Source: Eledone cirrhosa (taxonomy: Eukaryota). Taken from it: DNA of 64,000 nt. Both the position numbers and the translations under genes were made by a program. This document shows, in pieces, positions 1-13,061 of this stretch (positions are counted from its first letter, which is position 1; each line of letters starts with the position of its first letter). Below the pieces are notes generated by a model that saw nothing but the letters and a program-made list of their open reading frames with translations, was not told the DNA's origin and made no database searches. Location: NCBI GenBank assembly GCA_964016885.1, contig OZ024747.1:92256001-92320000 (forward strand), read 5' to 3'.

Positions 1-66
1 ATATCTATTAAATCATTGAAGGTCCTGGTCCTGGTTAATTTTATTACTTTATAATGTAAAACAACG

Positions 67-312
67 CAAATTGAGATGGTACGGGCACGTGATAAGATCT
101 TCAGGGCTTTCCAAAACTGTCCTGCAGAGAACAGTACAATAATGGAGGAAGAGTGGCAGACAGATAAAAGATGGGAGGACAACATTCCAGAACGGACAGG
201 CATGAACCTGGGTGCAACCGTGAGGTGGGCGGAGAGGCGAGAGGAATGGAAGGAGCTGGTTGTCAGGTGATCTGTTGCGCCCAACGGACAGATGAGATGA
301 GATGAGATGAGA
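67..312 (+). mobile_element. RTE-clade LINE 3' end fragment with (GATGA)n tail
   Basis: Translates as LRWYGHVIRSSGLSKTVLQ...RQIKRWEDNIPERTGM...RREEWKELV, the typical RTE ORF C-terminus, followed by gatgagatgagatga. A second copy lies at 8858..9065 on the minus strand. Confidence 0.8.
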
Positions 313-334
313 GATATTTTATTTGGAAACTTAC

Positions 335-710
335 TTTCTTTGCGGTTATTTATGTGGCCCTGAGAAAAGGTTTCAGGCTCTGAAAATTTCTCTACATCAT
401 TGTATTCAGTAATTAAATCCTCAGTATGAAGTAAACTTGTCTTCGCCTGTGCAGATATCGTCTGTTCACGGGAGATTTCCAGCAACTTCTTCTGTAATTG
501 ATCATTTTTTACTATAGGACCACTTCCGCTTTGAATTTTATTTCGGAGACGTTTTGTCTCAAATGAGATATCACGAAACGTTACCTTCTGAGCACGCTCA
601 ACATTTCTCAATTCGCGACTGAGCCGATTATCGGCTCGAACGTTATTTCTCAAAATGGCATCATCGTATTCCGATCTAGATACTGAACCGTACTTTTTGC
701 GGGACGTCAT
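335..710 (-). CDS. First coding exon of a host gene (125 aa, N-terminal coiled-coil-like segment); gene continues beyond the left edge
   Basis: ATG at 710 gives MTSRKKYGSVSRSEYDDAILRNNVRADNRLSRELRNVERAQKVTFRDISFETKRLRNKIQ...NNRKE with no stop. Consensus donor GTAAGT at 334..329 (phase 1). Acceptor tttatttcag ends at 842, so the exon is 841..335 with a 5' UTR. The frame runs off the window, so the ORF track omits it. Confidence 0.7.
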
Positions 711-1075
711 TCTTTTTTTTTTAAATAACGTATTTGATCCTGTTTTTTGTTTGTTTTTTATCTGAACTTCTTCCTCTGATTTCTTAAGATATCACGTCCC
801 GTATTTATGTAAACTGATCCATACAAAGAACCACATTTCTCCTGAAATAAATATAAGAAAAATTATTAAATATTTTGATTAAATATTAAGCATTCTGAAT
901 TGTTTGTACACAAACAGTTGCAAAAGATGTTTAAACTACTGAAACAATATGCTTGTACTCTTTTAATCCTTTGAAAGACAACAATTATTCTAATCAGAAC
1001 TTCTATCTGAATTTGTTATATTATTGACTTTAGATAATCGAACACAATGAATGTACCACATACACACACACAAAC

Positions 1076-1148
<73 letters not shown>

Positions 1149-1304
1149 GTAGGGTTGCAAGTAAATGCGTCCGTAGACCGTAAGATCCTTCGAATGCAGA
1201 GTCGGGTTCGATCTGTTACAGATCTTGCCTCGAGCCGATCGACGGAGAAACATATGTAATATGTTAATAAATGTGATGTGATGCAACACTGATTCTTTGT
1301 TCTT

Positions 1305-1386
<82 letters not shown>

Positions 1387-1510
1387 GCACAGAAAATGGC
1401 TGGTTCAATACACACTTGTGTTTGTGTTTTTTCCCCTTTTTTCTCATTTTTACCCGTTCCATCCTCTTCTCACTCTTCATGTTTCTATTTATCTTATATT
1501 TCTAACTCTA

Positions 1511-1547
1511 TCTTCTGATAAAGGACTAGTGGTCCGAAACGTTAAGA
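1511..1547 (+). ncRNA. Degenerate minimal type I hammerhead ribozyme in a PLE-like fragment
   Basis: TCTT-CTGATAA-A-GGAC(TAGTG)GTCC-GAAAC-GTT-AAGA: stems I and II are intact, the core has a C3/A8 mismatch. A related copy is at 16668..16695 (-), with TTGATGA-A-GGGC(TTAT)GCCC-GAAACGTC. Confidence 0.5.
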
Positions 1548-1677
1548 CTCTTTTCCTGCTATTTCAAGCGTTAAACTAATATATTTCTTCAATGTACTGT
1601 GTCGTTTGGTTGGTTATTTCTGTTTACCTTTTACATATATACATAACATATATATATATATATATATATATAAATAT

Positions 1678-1840
1678 AGAGGAAAATAGTCAGGCAGGAC
1701 CCTGTGGGCTGAGCCCCTGGCCGTTTCGACAGCTCAGCCGCCGGAGTCCTGACTCTTTTCCTATTACCCACTCTACTACCCTAAGTATCGAGTACTCTGG
1801 TGCATTATAGTCCACTTGGTTCCTTACCACACTTCCTTCG

Positions 1841-1843
<3 letters not shown>
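1678..1843 (+). mobile_element. PLE-like short element, family A (variant subfamily)
   Basis: Shares the 3' segment ttcctattacccactctactaccctaagtat...ggttccttaccacacttccttcgtta followed by (TA)n with seven other loci in the window. Confidence 0.65.
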
Positions 1844-1934
<91 letters not shown>

Positions 1935-1936
1935 TG

Positions 1937-3508
<1,572 letters not shown>

Positions 3509-3545
3509 ATTATTATTATTATTAATAATAATAATAATTATTATT

Positions 3546-3615
<70 letters not shown>

Positions 3616-4245
3616 ATTAACACTGGTACTGGTATTCAATATATTCTTCTGTGAATAATCGAAAAAATATCTATGTAATTGAGAAAAACGGTGGAACATT
3701 ATTTATTTAGCTCACGTTTTACATTTCTTAAAGAAATTAGTGATCTTTAAATAATAAAAATATCTTTTATATACACCCAACCTTTTATTCCATGACAAAT
3801 TTCTTATCACTTATTATACATTGATTGGTTTCTGGTTGTAACCTATTTGATTCCATATATTGAGATATGTGAAAATTTTCTTCTTTTATGTATTCAATGA
3901 ATATCTAATTTAAGGTTATTTTCTCATTTAACTTATTTTCTCATTCAAATTTAACGATATTTCTAACATACAAATACAGGAAATTTTGGTCATAAACTTT
4001 TTTTCGCCAAAAGCAATTTAGATAAAGCGAAATTCCAAAACACTTAAAGCATAACATTTTTGTAAGATTATATATTTTTATATTTAACTCAGTATTGATG
4101 CACTGTTGTTTTTACAATCTAGTATTCTTGTAAGTTTAAGTAAATATGTGGTAAATAACATATCATATATATTTATTACTGTAGTTATATTGAAATATCA
4201 CGCGCTTATTTACCGGTTTATTTATGATTGTATTGTGTACATATA

Positions 4246-4344
4246 GAGAGTGTCACAAAAAATGTATGCACACTTCAACAGCATTCTAATAAATATTGCC
4301 TGTACAGGTAATGAAAGTGTGTATACATTTTTGGGGACATCCTG
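4246..4344. mobile_element. ~100 bp Tc1/mariner-type MITE
   Basis: Imperfect TIRs of the cagggtgtcccaaaaaatgtatacacactt type with TA flanks. Further copies at 10526..10625 and 42034..42134. Confidence 0.7.
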
Positions 4345-4508
4345 TATATTGCTAATTTATCGAGTGTTATTTATAATCAACTCAACACACACCCATACAC
4401 CCACCCACACCACATATATATATATACATACAAGGAACTTTCAGTTTACGTCTAACAAATTTCTATTAAAGACACTTATAAAATATATTTATATATATTT
4501 ATTTAATT

Positions 4509-4556
<48 letters not shown>

Positions 4557-4684
4557 TATATATAATATATATATATATAATATATATATATATAATATAT
4601 ATATATATAATATATATATATATAATATATATATATATAATATATATATATATATAATATATATATATAATATATATATATAAT

Positions 4685-4740
<56 letters not shown>

Positions 4741-4742
4741 GT

Positions 4743-4858
4743 GAAGGTGTGTGGCTGAGTGGTTAGAGAACTGGATTCGCAATCGTGAGGTTTATGTTCG
4801 ATTCCTGGACCGGGCGAATCGTTATGTCCTTGAGCAAGACACTTTATTTCACGTTGCT
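4743..4858 (+). mobile_element. tRNA-derived SINE, 5' part
   Basis: A box tggctgagtgg, B box gttcgattcc, then gtccttgagcaagacactttatttcacgttgct. A longer copy is at 20005..20348. Confidence 0.7.
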
Positions 4859-5063
4859 TCTTCTACCTGGAGTTGTGACCGATAGATAGTATTAGCAATT
4901 GGAAAGACCAACGGAAACATTGTCGATCGACTTCTATAAATATATATAAATATATATATAATGATGGGGGAGGGATTGCCGATTGTCATCGAGACAGTGA
5001 CTACAGTTAAAAAAGTACTCAATACGTTAGTAGAGTACAGGCATCTTTATTTTATATATATAA

Positions 5064-5108
5064 TTCTAGATGATTTCATATGAATGAAACAGTTCTAGTC
5101 CTTTAGAA
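5064..5108 (+). ncRNA. Hammerhead remnant (PLE-like family F)
   Basis: TTCTA-GATGA-T-TTC(ATAT)GAA-T-GAAAC-AGTTCTA-GTC-ctttagaa, with the 5' part of the core damaged. A related palindromic copy is at 51132..51204. Confidence 0.4.
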
Positions 5109-5395
5109 GTCATTTATATATATACATAGTGGTCTGCTTGTGCGCAGAGATGCTATAAAATTGGGTGAAAACCCTTAAGGGCGGTAAGAGTAGTTTCATT
5201 GGCCGCTACGAGTAATCGAACCCCGCATCACCGAAATAACAGCTAGACGCATTAAAGCATTAAACCAAGGGAAAAGCTGAATCACAGCTTTTAAATGTTA
5301 ACAAACATCGTGTATACGTAGCCGATCTCTCGGACTTTTACGAAGCGCTGATAGGTTAAGGTTAATATAAAGTGTCGTACTATAAAATAGGGAAG

Positions 5396-5571
5396 GTCGT
5401 GGAGGCAGAATCCTCAAAAACTGCTTCCAACATCACAGCAGAGACAGTAAAGTAGTTCAAAGTTAAGACATGGGAGGACTTTGAAGTTAAGCTGAAATCC
5501 GACTTCAGATCTGAAAACAAAGCGATATGGCAGACCGTCCGCCGACTTCGTAATAACAAGCCCTCCTCCAC
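5396..5571 (+). mobile_element. RTE-like LINE internal fragment
   Basis: Translates KVKTWEDFEVKLKSDFRSENKAIWQTVRRLRNNK, resembling the EN-RT linker of RTE elements. Confidence 0.55.
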
Positions 5572-6429
5572 ACCTGATATCTAAATGTATACTATTTTTT
5601 ATTAATGTTATTGTACTCAGTAAAATTGACCTTCTGATCCACACATTTTTATCGCCAATTATCATACATCGCTCGTTATTTCTATCTCCAGGCTTCAGTA
5701 GCATGATAACGTATCTATCATATAAGTTCATTCAATGTATTCATTATAAAACGATTAATTGATTTCATATCAAATTCCATATAAAAGCAATCCTAAAAAT
5801 TGTATATACATCTCTGTAAATATATGCTCTATTTTTATAGTCACTATGCTTTACTTAATTGTATTCTCCCTCGTTTAACTATTCATAGAAATGTCAACTA
5901 ACTATTACTTTAACTAATTTATTATGTTGTTTTCTTTCACTCTGTATGTTGAAGACATTTTTTTCTCGTTTATTTAGCTAACTATCACTAGACCATGTCC
6001 AACCGCCATCATTCATTTACGTTATTAGAAATAAGTCCAGAGTGGTTATGTAATGTGTTATTTAATCACAAGTCAGGAATGATCGATCAGATTTATAATC
6101 AAAAGTCTTTCCATCCGTGAACCGTCTTTTCAAACACTATACCGAGGACTTCTTTATCTAACTACAATTTTAAAGACTGTTTGGTTTAATCTGTATTGAT
6201 TTCATTTCTATTTCTATTAAAGAGTCCTTAAAGAATACTTGAAAAACATTTAGTAAAGTAATTATATTAGTAAAGGAATTATATTATAATAATTCATTTC
6301 AGTGATGTGATAACACAAATTCAAGCTATTATATTCCTCTTGACCTCTATAGAACATATTTCTTTTAATCTGTTTTTCTTCGCCTGTCACACTTGGCTGA
6401 TTTCGGCCAAGATTTATTAGCCCCTAGTC

Positions 6430-6685
6430 TATGGTTATGATGCTTGCCGTACGACCGTAATATCATCGGTTCAATTTATCGACAGGCCACTGTGTTGTGT
6501 TCTTGAACAAAACACTTTATTTAACATTGCTGAGAGTGAGTACCAGCCGTAGTTGAGAAGTTAATCCAATGATAGACCGGCGTCCTATCCAGGGACAGTC
6601 TTGTACTCTCGGTCGCTTATCGCTAAGGAAACCGGAGATAAGCACCGGCCTGATTAGCCTTCGGCTTGTAACAGTCTTTAACTAA
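6430..6685 (+). mobile_element. Degenerate tRNA-derived SINE with V-SINE-like body
   Basis: tRNA-like head, then gtgttcttgaacaaaacactt and gatagaccggcgtcctatccaggg...ggaaaccggagataagcaccggcctgat. Confidence 0.55.
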
Positions 6686-6957
6686 CTTTAACAAACTCTC
6701 TGTGTAACAGACTGTATAATATGTGGTGTAGTAAATAAATATATATATTTACACCAGGTTCGAACACAAAGGAAGCAAACTCCCACTGTCACTGCCTCTA
6801 TCTCTATTATATTGCCTTTTTATTTAATTCTTGGAATTTGAGAATATTTCCGTCACCCTTCCGCGAGTTCGTTACTTACACAATCTCACTACAGCTGATT
6901 GCTTGAATACATTCAAAAATGGTTTAGATATTTCTTCAATGATGTAAAGGATACAGT

Positions 6958-7436
6958 TTCAGACGGCATGACTATCTTCTCGTTCTGCAGTGGTAAATCC
7001 CTCATCTGCGATGCGACATTCAGTGACACATACTCCAGCGGCAAACTGGTGCAGTCTGTGACTAACCCAGGCTCTGCTGCCCTTCGAACCGAGGAGGGTA
7101 AACTCTCCAAATATCGGTCGTTCTCCGACAGGTTTTCGGTCGAGCTGTGGCAGTGGAGACTTCTGGTGTTCTTCGCCCAAGGGTCACCGCCCTACTCACC
7201 ACCATCGGCACAGAGTTGTCTACACATAGGTGTGAGCCTCACGAGGTGGAATTTCTCTTCTAGTGTGTCTCCCTCACCACCCTCCAGGGAAATGCCTTCT
7301 CTATTCTCTCCACTGGGACCACGGGGCTTCCAGTGTGTGGACGCCCATTTTCTCATAATAGTGAGAGATGGGGAGAACGGGAGAGACGGAGGAAACGACA
7401 GTGGGGGTTTGGCTCCTTTGTGTTCGGACCTGGTGT
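6958..7436 (+). mobile_element. CRE-clade non-LTR element 3' fragment (REL endonuclease) with probable 3' UTR
   Basis: DGMTIFSFCSGKSLICDATFSDT...EEGKLSKY..., homologous to the better-preserved copy at 33085..33515. Confidence 0.7.
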
Positions 7437-7838
7437 ATATGTATATATTTCACACACGATCATAAATCAAGACACTTGACAAACAAATACAAAGAGAAAA
7501 TATTAATCATATTGAAATGAAAGCCATTCATTTAGACAAGGATTAAATGTATTTTATTTTCCTGCTTTAGCCATGCAGGATTTATATGAAAAGAATGTGT
7601 TTATATATATATACAACTTGTATATATATACAACATATTTAGTAGTTACAATTTGTTTGCCTTCTGGTATAACATATATTAATATACAGGACTGTCGGAA
7701 GTTGGTTACTATAATAAATTCATAAAACATGAGAAGGCACACATATATAGTTCCTGGCTGATAATATAATTATAGGTTTTAATATAAGTACATATACATA
7801 CATACATACATACATACATACATACATACATACATACA

Positions 7839-7872
<34 letters not shown>

Positions 7873-7879
7873 CACAGTG

Positions 7880-8190
7880 AGGAAATTACAAGTACAATCC
7901 ATTAATGGAACAGTAAAAATATGTAAAACATTCCAAAATTTCTGCTTTTAATAACTGTATATACACTTGTACAGATACAAAGCATATGGACAGGCACACA
8001 TACAACTCAAACCATACTCATCCACACATAAAATAACATCCATACCTGCACACACACACATGCATGCAGACATGCAGACATAATCTACCTAGTTGATGTT
8101 GTGTAAATTCCAATGAGAGAGTCTTGTGTCTATGTTAGAAACTGACTCTCTCTCTATTGGTAAAAATTTGTGAAATTATAAAACCAGAAG
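7880..8190 (+). mobile_element. 3' fragment of the Dong/R4-type LINE
   Basis: Closely similar to 59232..59531 (ggaaattacaagtacaatcc...aaaccagaag). (TACA)n on both sides. Confidence 0.85.
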
Positions 8191-8209
8191 AACATACTTA
8201 CATACATAC

Positions 8210-8240
<31 letters not shown>

Positions 8241-8857
8241 CATACATACATACATACATACATACATACATACATACATACATCTAACCTTTGACGCAAG
8301 CAGTCGCACATGCGACTTGGGAGACTATTCCTTATATTTAAAATACTATCTCCAACCGTAATCCCACAACTACCAGATTGTTAAATAACTAGATTTTCTT
8401 CTGACAATACGAGTATTCATTGATGACACATTTTATTCGAATTCGTAGAGATATCCGTCTAAATATTGAATTGAAGCCTTGTCACACATTGTCACACTGC
8501 ATTTCCATAAGATAAGAACTAAATTAATGATACACGTGTCTGTGGAATGCTCAGGCACTTATGCATCTATTTCACAAGCAGGCATTTCTGTTAGATCAAT
8601 TTATGCACTCGTCTCAAGAAACGACGGGGGTCCTTACAAGGTACAAGGGCTCTCTTATACCATAAATGTCCTGGCGTCCTAGTGAAAGGTTAAAAACCGT
8701 TTATCAGCGTCTCAGACATTAGCTTAGTACCTTATCAAAATTTCCATTTAATATTCCATAATGGAAATATAAAGTAAATAATAACAAACCGTGTATGAAT
8801 ATAAATATTATTATTCACTTCCTTACTTAGCAAATGTGCATCATCTAAAATATAGTA

Positions 8858-9065
8858 AGATCTCTCATCTCTCCTTTAGTCTGGTGGATCGTTGGAGTGC
8901 CACAGATGACCTGGCAACCAGCTCCTTCCATTCCTCTCGCCTCTCCGCCCCTCCTCATGGTTGCACCCAGCTTCAGGCTTGTCCATTCCGGTATGTTGTC
9001 CTCCCATCTCATCTTCTGTCTGCCTCTCTTCCTCCATTCTTGTACTATTCCTTGCAGGACAGTCT
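8858..9065 (-). mobile_element. RTE LINE 3' fragment
   Basis: Reverse complement of the family at 67..312. Confidence 0.75.
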
Positions 9066-9156
9066 TCGTAATAGAAATATTAGAATCTCTAATTGCAAAA
9101 TTATTTACTCCTTTGTGTAGACATACCTAAATCATAATCCTGATGCTTCATCTTAG

Positions 9157-9204
9157 CAGCAATATAATCCAACTGACGGAGGTGTGAAATTTGAAGTAAA
9201 AAAC
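9157..9204 (+). CDS. Candidate internal exon (QQYNPTDGGVKFEVKN), phase 0/0
   Basis: Acceptor tcttag|cag (NAGNAG), 48 nt open frame, consensus donor GTGAGT at 9205. In phase with the exon at 11297. Confidence 0.45.
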
Positions 9205-10139
9205 GTGAGTTTGGAGACGAGCACAAATTTGATTTTATGAATATAATCGACCCTGTAATAAAACGTATTTAAACCTGAAAAATATCCAATTACTTAGATA
9301 AGCCGCTTCATTATAAATATATATTGTGTAAAATTTGAATATGATCGACTCTTCCCTTCCTCCAGTTTTTAAGCTTCTAATTCTATTAAGATATCTTTGT
9401 AGTCAGTTAAAGGTTCTCCCGCTATGGTTAGAAATTAAACGTTAAATTTTTGTTATAAGTGAAATTCAGAAAACGCTCTTTTGGAGTAACAAGGTCCATT
9501 AATTCCACTGGGGGTTTATCTAACTTATTTTTGTAGTGATATAAACAAAGTAAATTCAGAGTTTTGTAATTTTATTACAAAATCATATAAAAATAATCCT
9601 TTTTCTTTGTGACGATTTTGCTATAAATGTTGCTATCTCTCTGTACCCTATAAGGAAACGTTTACAGGATTCGAAACAAGGCGAATATATTAATATTTTC
9701 TTCGTCTAGTAGTCGCCTCTCTCTTTTGTTTTTAACCCAATCTATTTCTCCTATATTTTCTCAACAAAGAAAACTATTTATAGTAAATGAGGCCAGCACA
9801 CTGAGAGACGACGCTTCCAGACCCAGTATATATGCCAGTTACCAAGCAACCATGAAACATGACTGCCTACATTTGAATATTTCAGTGTTACTTTGTGTTT
9901 ATCAAGGTTTATTGAAGTCTTGGCAACCCAAAGTGTTATCAATAATGAAATGAGTTATATCTTTGAGTACTTCACTACTTTAATGGACAGTATTTACTTC
10001 AGTTCCGACTGTATAAAGTGACTATATGTGACTATATGTGACTATATGTGACTATGGTGTGCTTGAAGCAAAGGCGTTTCAAACGAGAAAATATATATAT
10101 ACATATATATGTATATATATATATGCGTGTGTATGTGTG

Positions 10140-10180
<41 letters not shown>

Positions 10181-10183
<3 letters not shown>

Positions 10184-10381
10184 AAAAAGTATGACCCCGA
10201 CGGCAGAGCTCAAGCCGTTTCGACGGCTATTTCTGGACAAATTGAGTCCAGAAATAGCCGTCGAAACGGCTTGAGCTCTGCCGTCGGGGTCATACTTTTT
10301 CCTATTTCCCACTCTACTACCCTAAGTATTGAGTACTCTGGTGCGTTATGGTCCATCTGGTTCCTTACCACAATTCCTTTG

Positions 10382-10384
<3 letters not shown>
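10181..10384 (+). mobile_element. PLE-like family A fold-back element
   Basis: Near-perfect palindrome 10181..10304 centred on ctgga-caaattgag-tccag, followed by the family A 3' end. (TA)n on both sides. Confidence 0.75.
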
Positions 10385-10458
<74 letters not shown>

Positions 10459-10755
10459 TGTGTATGTGTGTGTGTATTATGTATGTCTATCTATCTGCAT
10501 ATATATATATATATATATACACACACAAGATGTCCCAAAAAATTGCATACATACTTCAACCGCATTCTAATAGATATTGCCTGTAGAGGTAATCAAAGTA
10601 TGTATACATTTTGGGGGAACACCCATATATATATATATGATTGTGGTATGTATGTGTGTATGTATGTTCATATAATTATCTGCATATACGTAGGTTCGTG
10701 TGTGTGCTTGTGTGTGTGGTGTGCGTTCTTGTGTGTGCGTGGATGAGAGTGAGTG

Positions 10756-10821
<66 letters not shown>

Positions 10822-11296
10822 TATATATATATACCAAACACTTCAGTTGAACTGGGTAACAAGTAAACATGTTGACGATTACCACGATATTATATCAAAT
10901 ATTAATTCTCTCACCACAGGGGGTCCTTTTATGGTCATCTTTCTTATACTTAGCCCGCGGCGTCTCTTGGCTAGATTATAATCAATGTAAGCTTCAAGTT
11001 CCAAACCTAGTTTTCCTTTATGGTTTATTATAATATACACGTTTATAAATTACCTGCACGCTTTCTTTTGCCCTTGATTGTTTCAATGGACTCTTATAAA
11101 GAATTGGTTCGACTACCAAAGAATTGCCTCCTATGCTAATTAAATATATTCCTTTGTTGCGATACCTAAAAGAATCTTTTTCATGACTTTAAATAAATGT
11201 TTTTATGCTACTTGTATATTATTCAAAGTATGTCCACCAAGTTTACTATTAGTGTTATCTCATGGATATCAAATCAATATATCGAACTTTTGTTAG

Positions 11297-11518
11297 TCAT
11301 TTGCATTGCTTGAACGAGAAATGCAGCCTCTAAAACGAGAATTGGAGCCTCTAAAACGAAAATTGGAGCCACTAAAACGAGAAATGGAGCCTCTAAAACG
11401 AAAATTGGAACCTCTCAAACGAGAAAGGGAGCCTCTAAAACGAGAAAGGGAGCCTCTAAAACGAGAATTAGAGCCGCTCAAACGAGAAATGTATGATTTA
11501 TATACTGGCATAAAATAA
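11297..11518 (+). CDS. Candidate terminal exon encoding KR-separated repeated pentapeptides
   Basis: Acceptor ttttgttag, then SFALLEREMQPLKRELEPLKRKLEPLKREMEPLKRKLEPLKREREPLKREREPLKRELEPLKREMYDLYTGIK*. The 21-nt units show several synonymous differences (CCT/CCA/CCG, CTA/CTC, GAG/GAA, TTG/TTA). AATAAA at 11514 and 11871. Confidence 0.55.
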   Translation, partial: SFALLEREMQPLKRELEPLKRKLEPLKREMEPLKRKLEPLKREREPLKREREPLKRELEPLKREMYDLYTGIK

Positions 11519-12167
11519 ATAGTTTGTTTTTCTCTACAATTGCTATTTGCTGTTAAAGGAATGCTAAGACGAGATGTTCATGTCTTCAGGGTGTAACAGC
11601 AAGTTCCCTTTTCTCAGAATATAATGCAACACGAGCTAGCACTGTTTAATAATATAACAATTCCAAAGAAAATAATATTAGATTGAAATTTAATGGAAAT
11701 GAAATATGAAACTCTTATGGTGTGCAACATTTTATAGAAAGTCATTCCATATGTAATTTATTCAAATAATAATTATTATAAACATTGTTTCTTAAAGTAA
11801 TTTGGCCGCAGCAAATCAAAGAATTATGTAACGCTAATTACGAATCTAGAATTATTCAGTATCAAAATATAATAAAATCCAGAAATATTATCCTTCAATT
11901 TCAGAGTCCATCAAATATTTCTGTTTCTGTTTAAATAGCAATTTTTAAATGGAATCCTAATAGTTATATAAATATGTTGGCAGTGTTCCTATTAATAGAA
12001 TTTCATCTCAACTTTCAAATAGAATTCAAACTTTGCTTACGAAATACGTAATTAAATATGTGGATAAATATAATATGGTTATACAAGTCCTAATTTTTGT
12101 CTGCAAAACGATTTACGAAAGGATTCAATGTAATTTGAATAAAAATATTCACAGAGATAATATATAC

Positions 12168-12253
<86 letters not shown>

Positions 12254-12339
12254 TATTTGATAATATACGGTATGTTTATTTTTAAAATATACATATATTT
12301 ATTTAAAATATATATATATATGTATTTATATATATTAAT

Positions 12340-12402
12340 GGGGGCATGTAATGTAGCTTCCCATGGTGCCCCTGTTAATTCGAAAGGAGACTGAACATTA
12401 CA
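12340..12402 (+). ncRNA. HDV-like ribozyme fold at the LINE 5' end
   Basis: P1 GGGGGC/GCCCCT with G1-U wobble; P2 TGTAATGT/ACATTACA; P3 AGC/GGT (one mismatch); L3 TTCCCAT; P4 with GAAA tetraloop; J4/2 CTGA. Begins exactly after the TSD. Confidence 0.6.
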
Positions 12403-12875
12403 ACACGCGCAACGCCGTACCCAACACCTAGGGGTGGTAAAACCCTCGGCCCCTAGACGCGAAGATGCAAAAGTTCAGAGTCATCAGCTTTAACGTTGAA
12501 GGACTGACAGCAACAAAAATGGAATTACTCTACAACCTAGACGCTGATATAGTATGCCTTCAAGAGACACACAAGGAATTGGTGCCGCCAAGAATACCAG
12601 GCATGCATCTAATTATTTCTCACCCGAGCCCAGTCCATGGAAGTGCAATATACGCACGTAACAAATCTGCTATCCAAAATAGCAGAGACCTCTCCGATGG
12701 AGGGCTGGAGATCCTGCAAGTAGACACAGAACACCTAAACATTGTGTCGGTATATAAACCTCCACCAACCCCCTTCATATAGCCACTGTATCACCAGCTT
12801 GGTAACAAGGCATGCCTTGTTGTTGGAGACTTTAATAGCCACAATACCACCTGGGTTTACAACCACACTAATAAT

Positions 12876-13061
12876 TGTTTCTACTTTTGGCACAAGGCCA
12901 GCAAATACCCAGTACATTACTGGTACTTTATTTTATCGACCCCGTAAGGATGAAAGGCAAAGTTAACCTCAGCGGGATTTGAACTCAGAATGGCAAGGGC
13001 CGTAATTCTTTGCTGCAAAGCATGGCGTCCGACCCTCTACCGATACTGCCATCCACCGCCC
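12876..13061 (-). mobile_element. tRNA-derived SINE inserted in the LINE endonuclease region
   Basis: TSD taataat. Removing it restores TWVYNHTNNDGEAVEEWA. Same family as 33904..34093. Confidence 0.85.

Noticed and set aside
12431-12464. NPRP upstream of the LINE ORF as a 2A-like (NPGP) peptide
   Set aside because: No DxExNPGP match, and an in-frame stop immediately precedes it.
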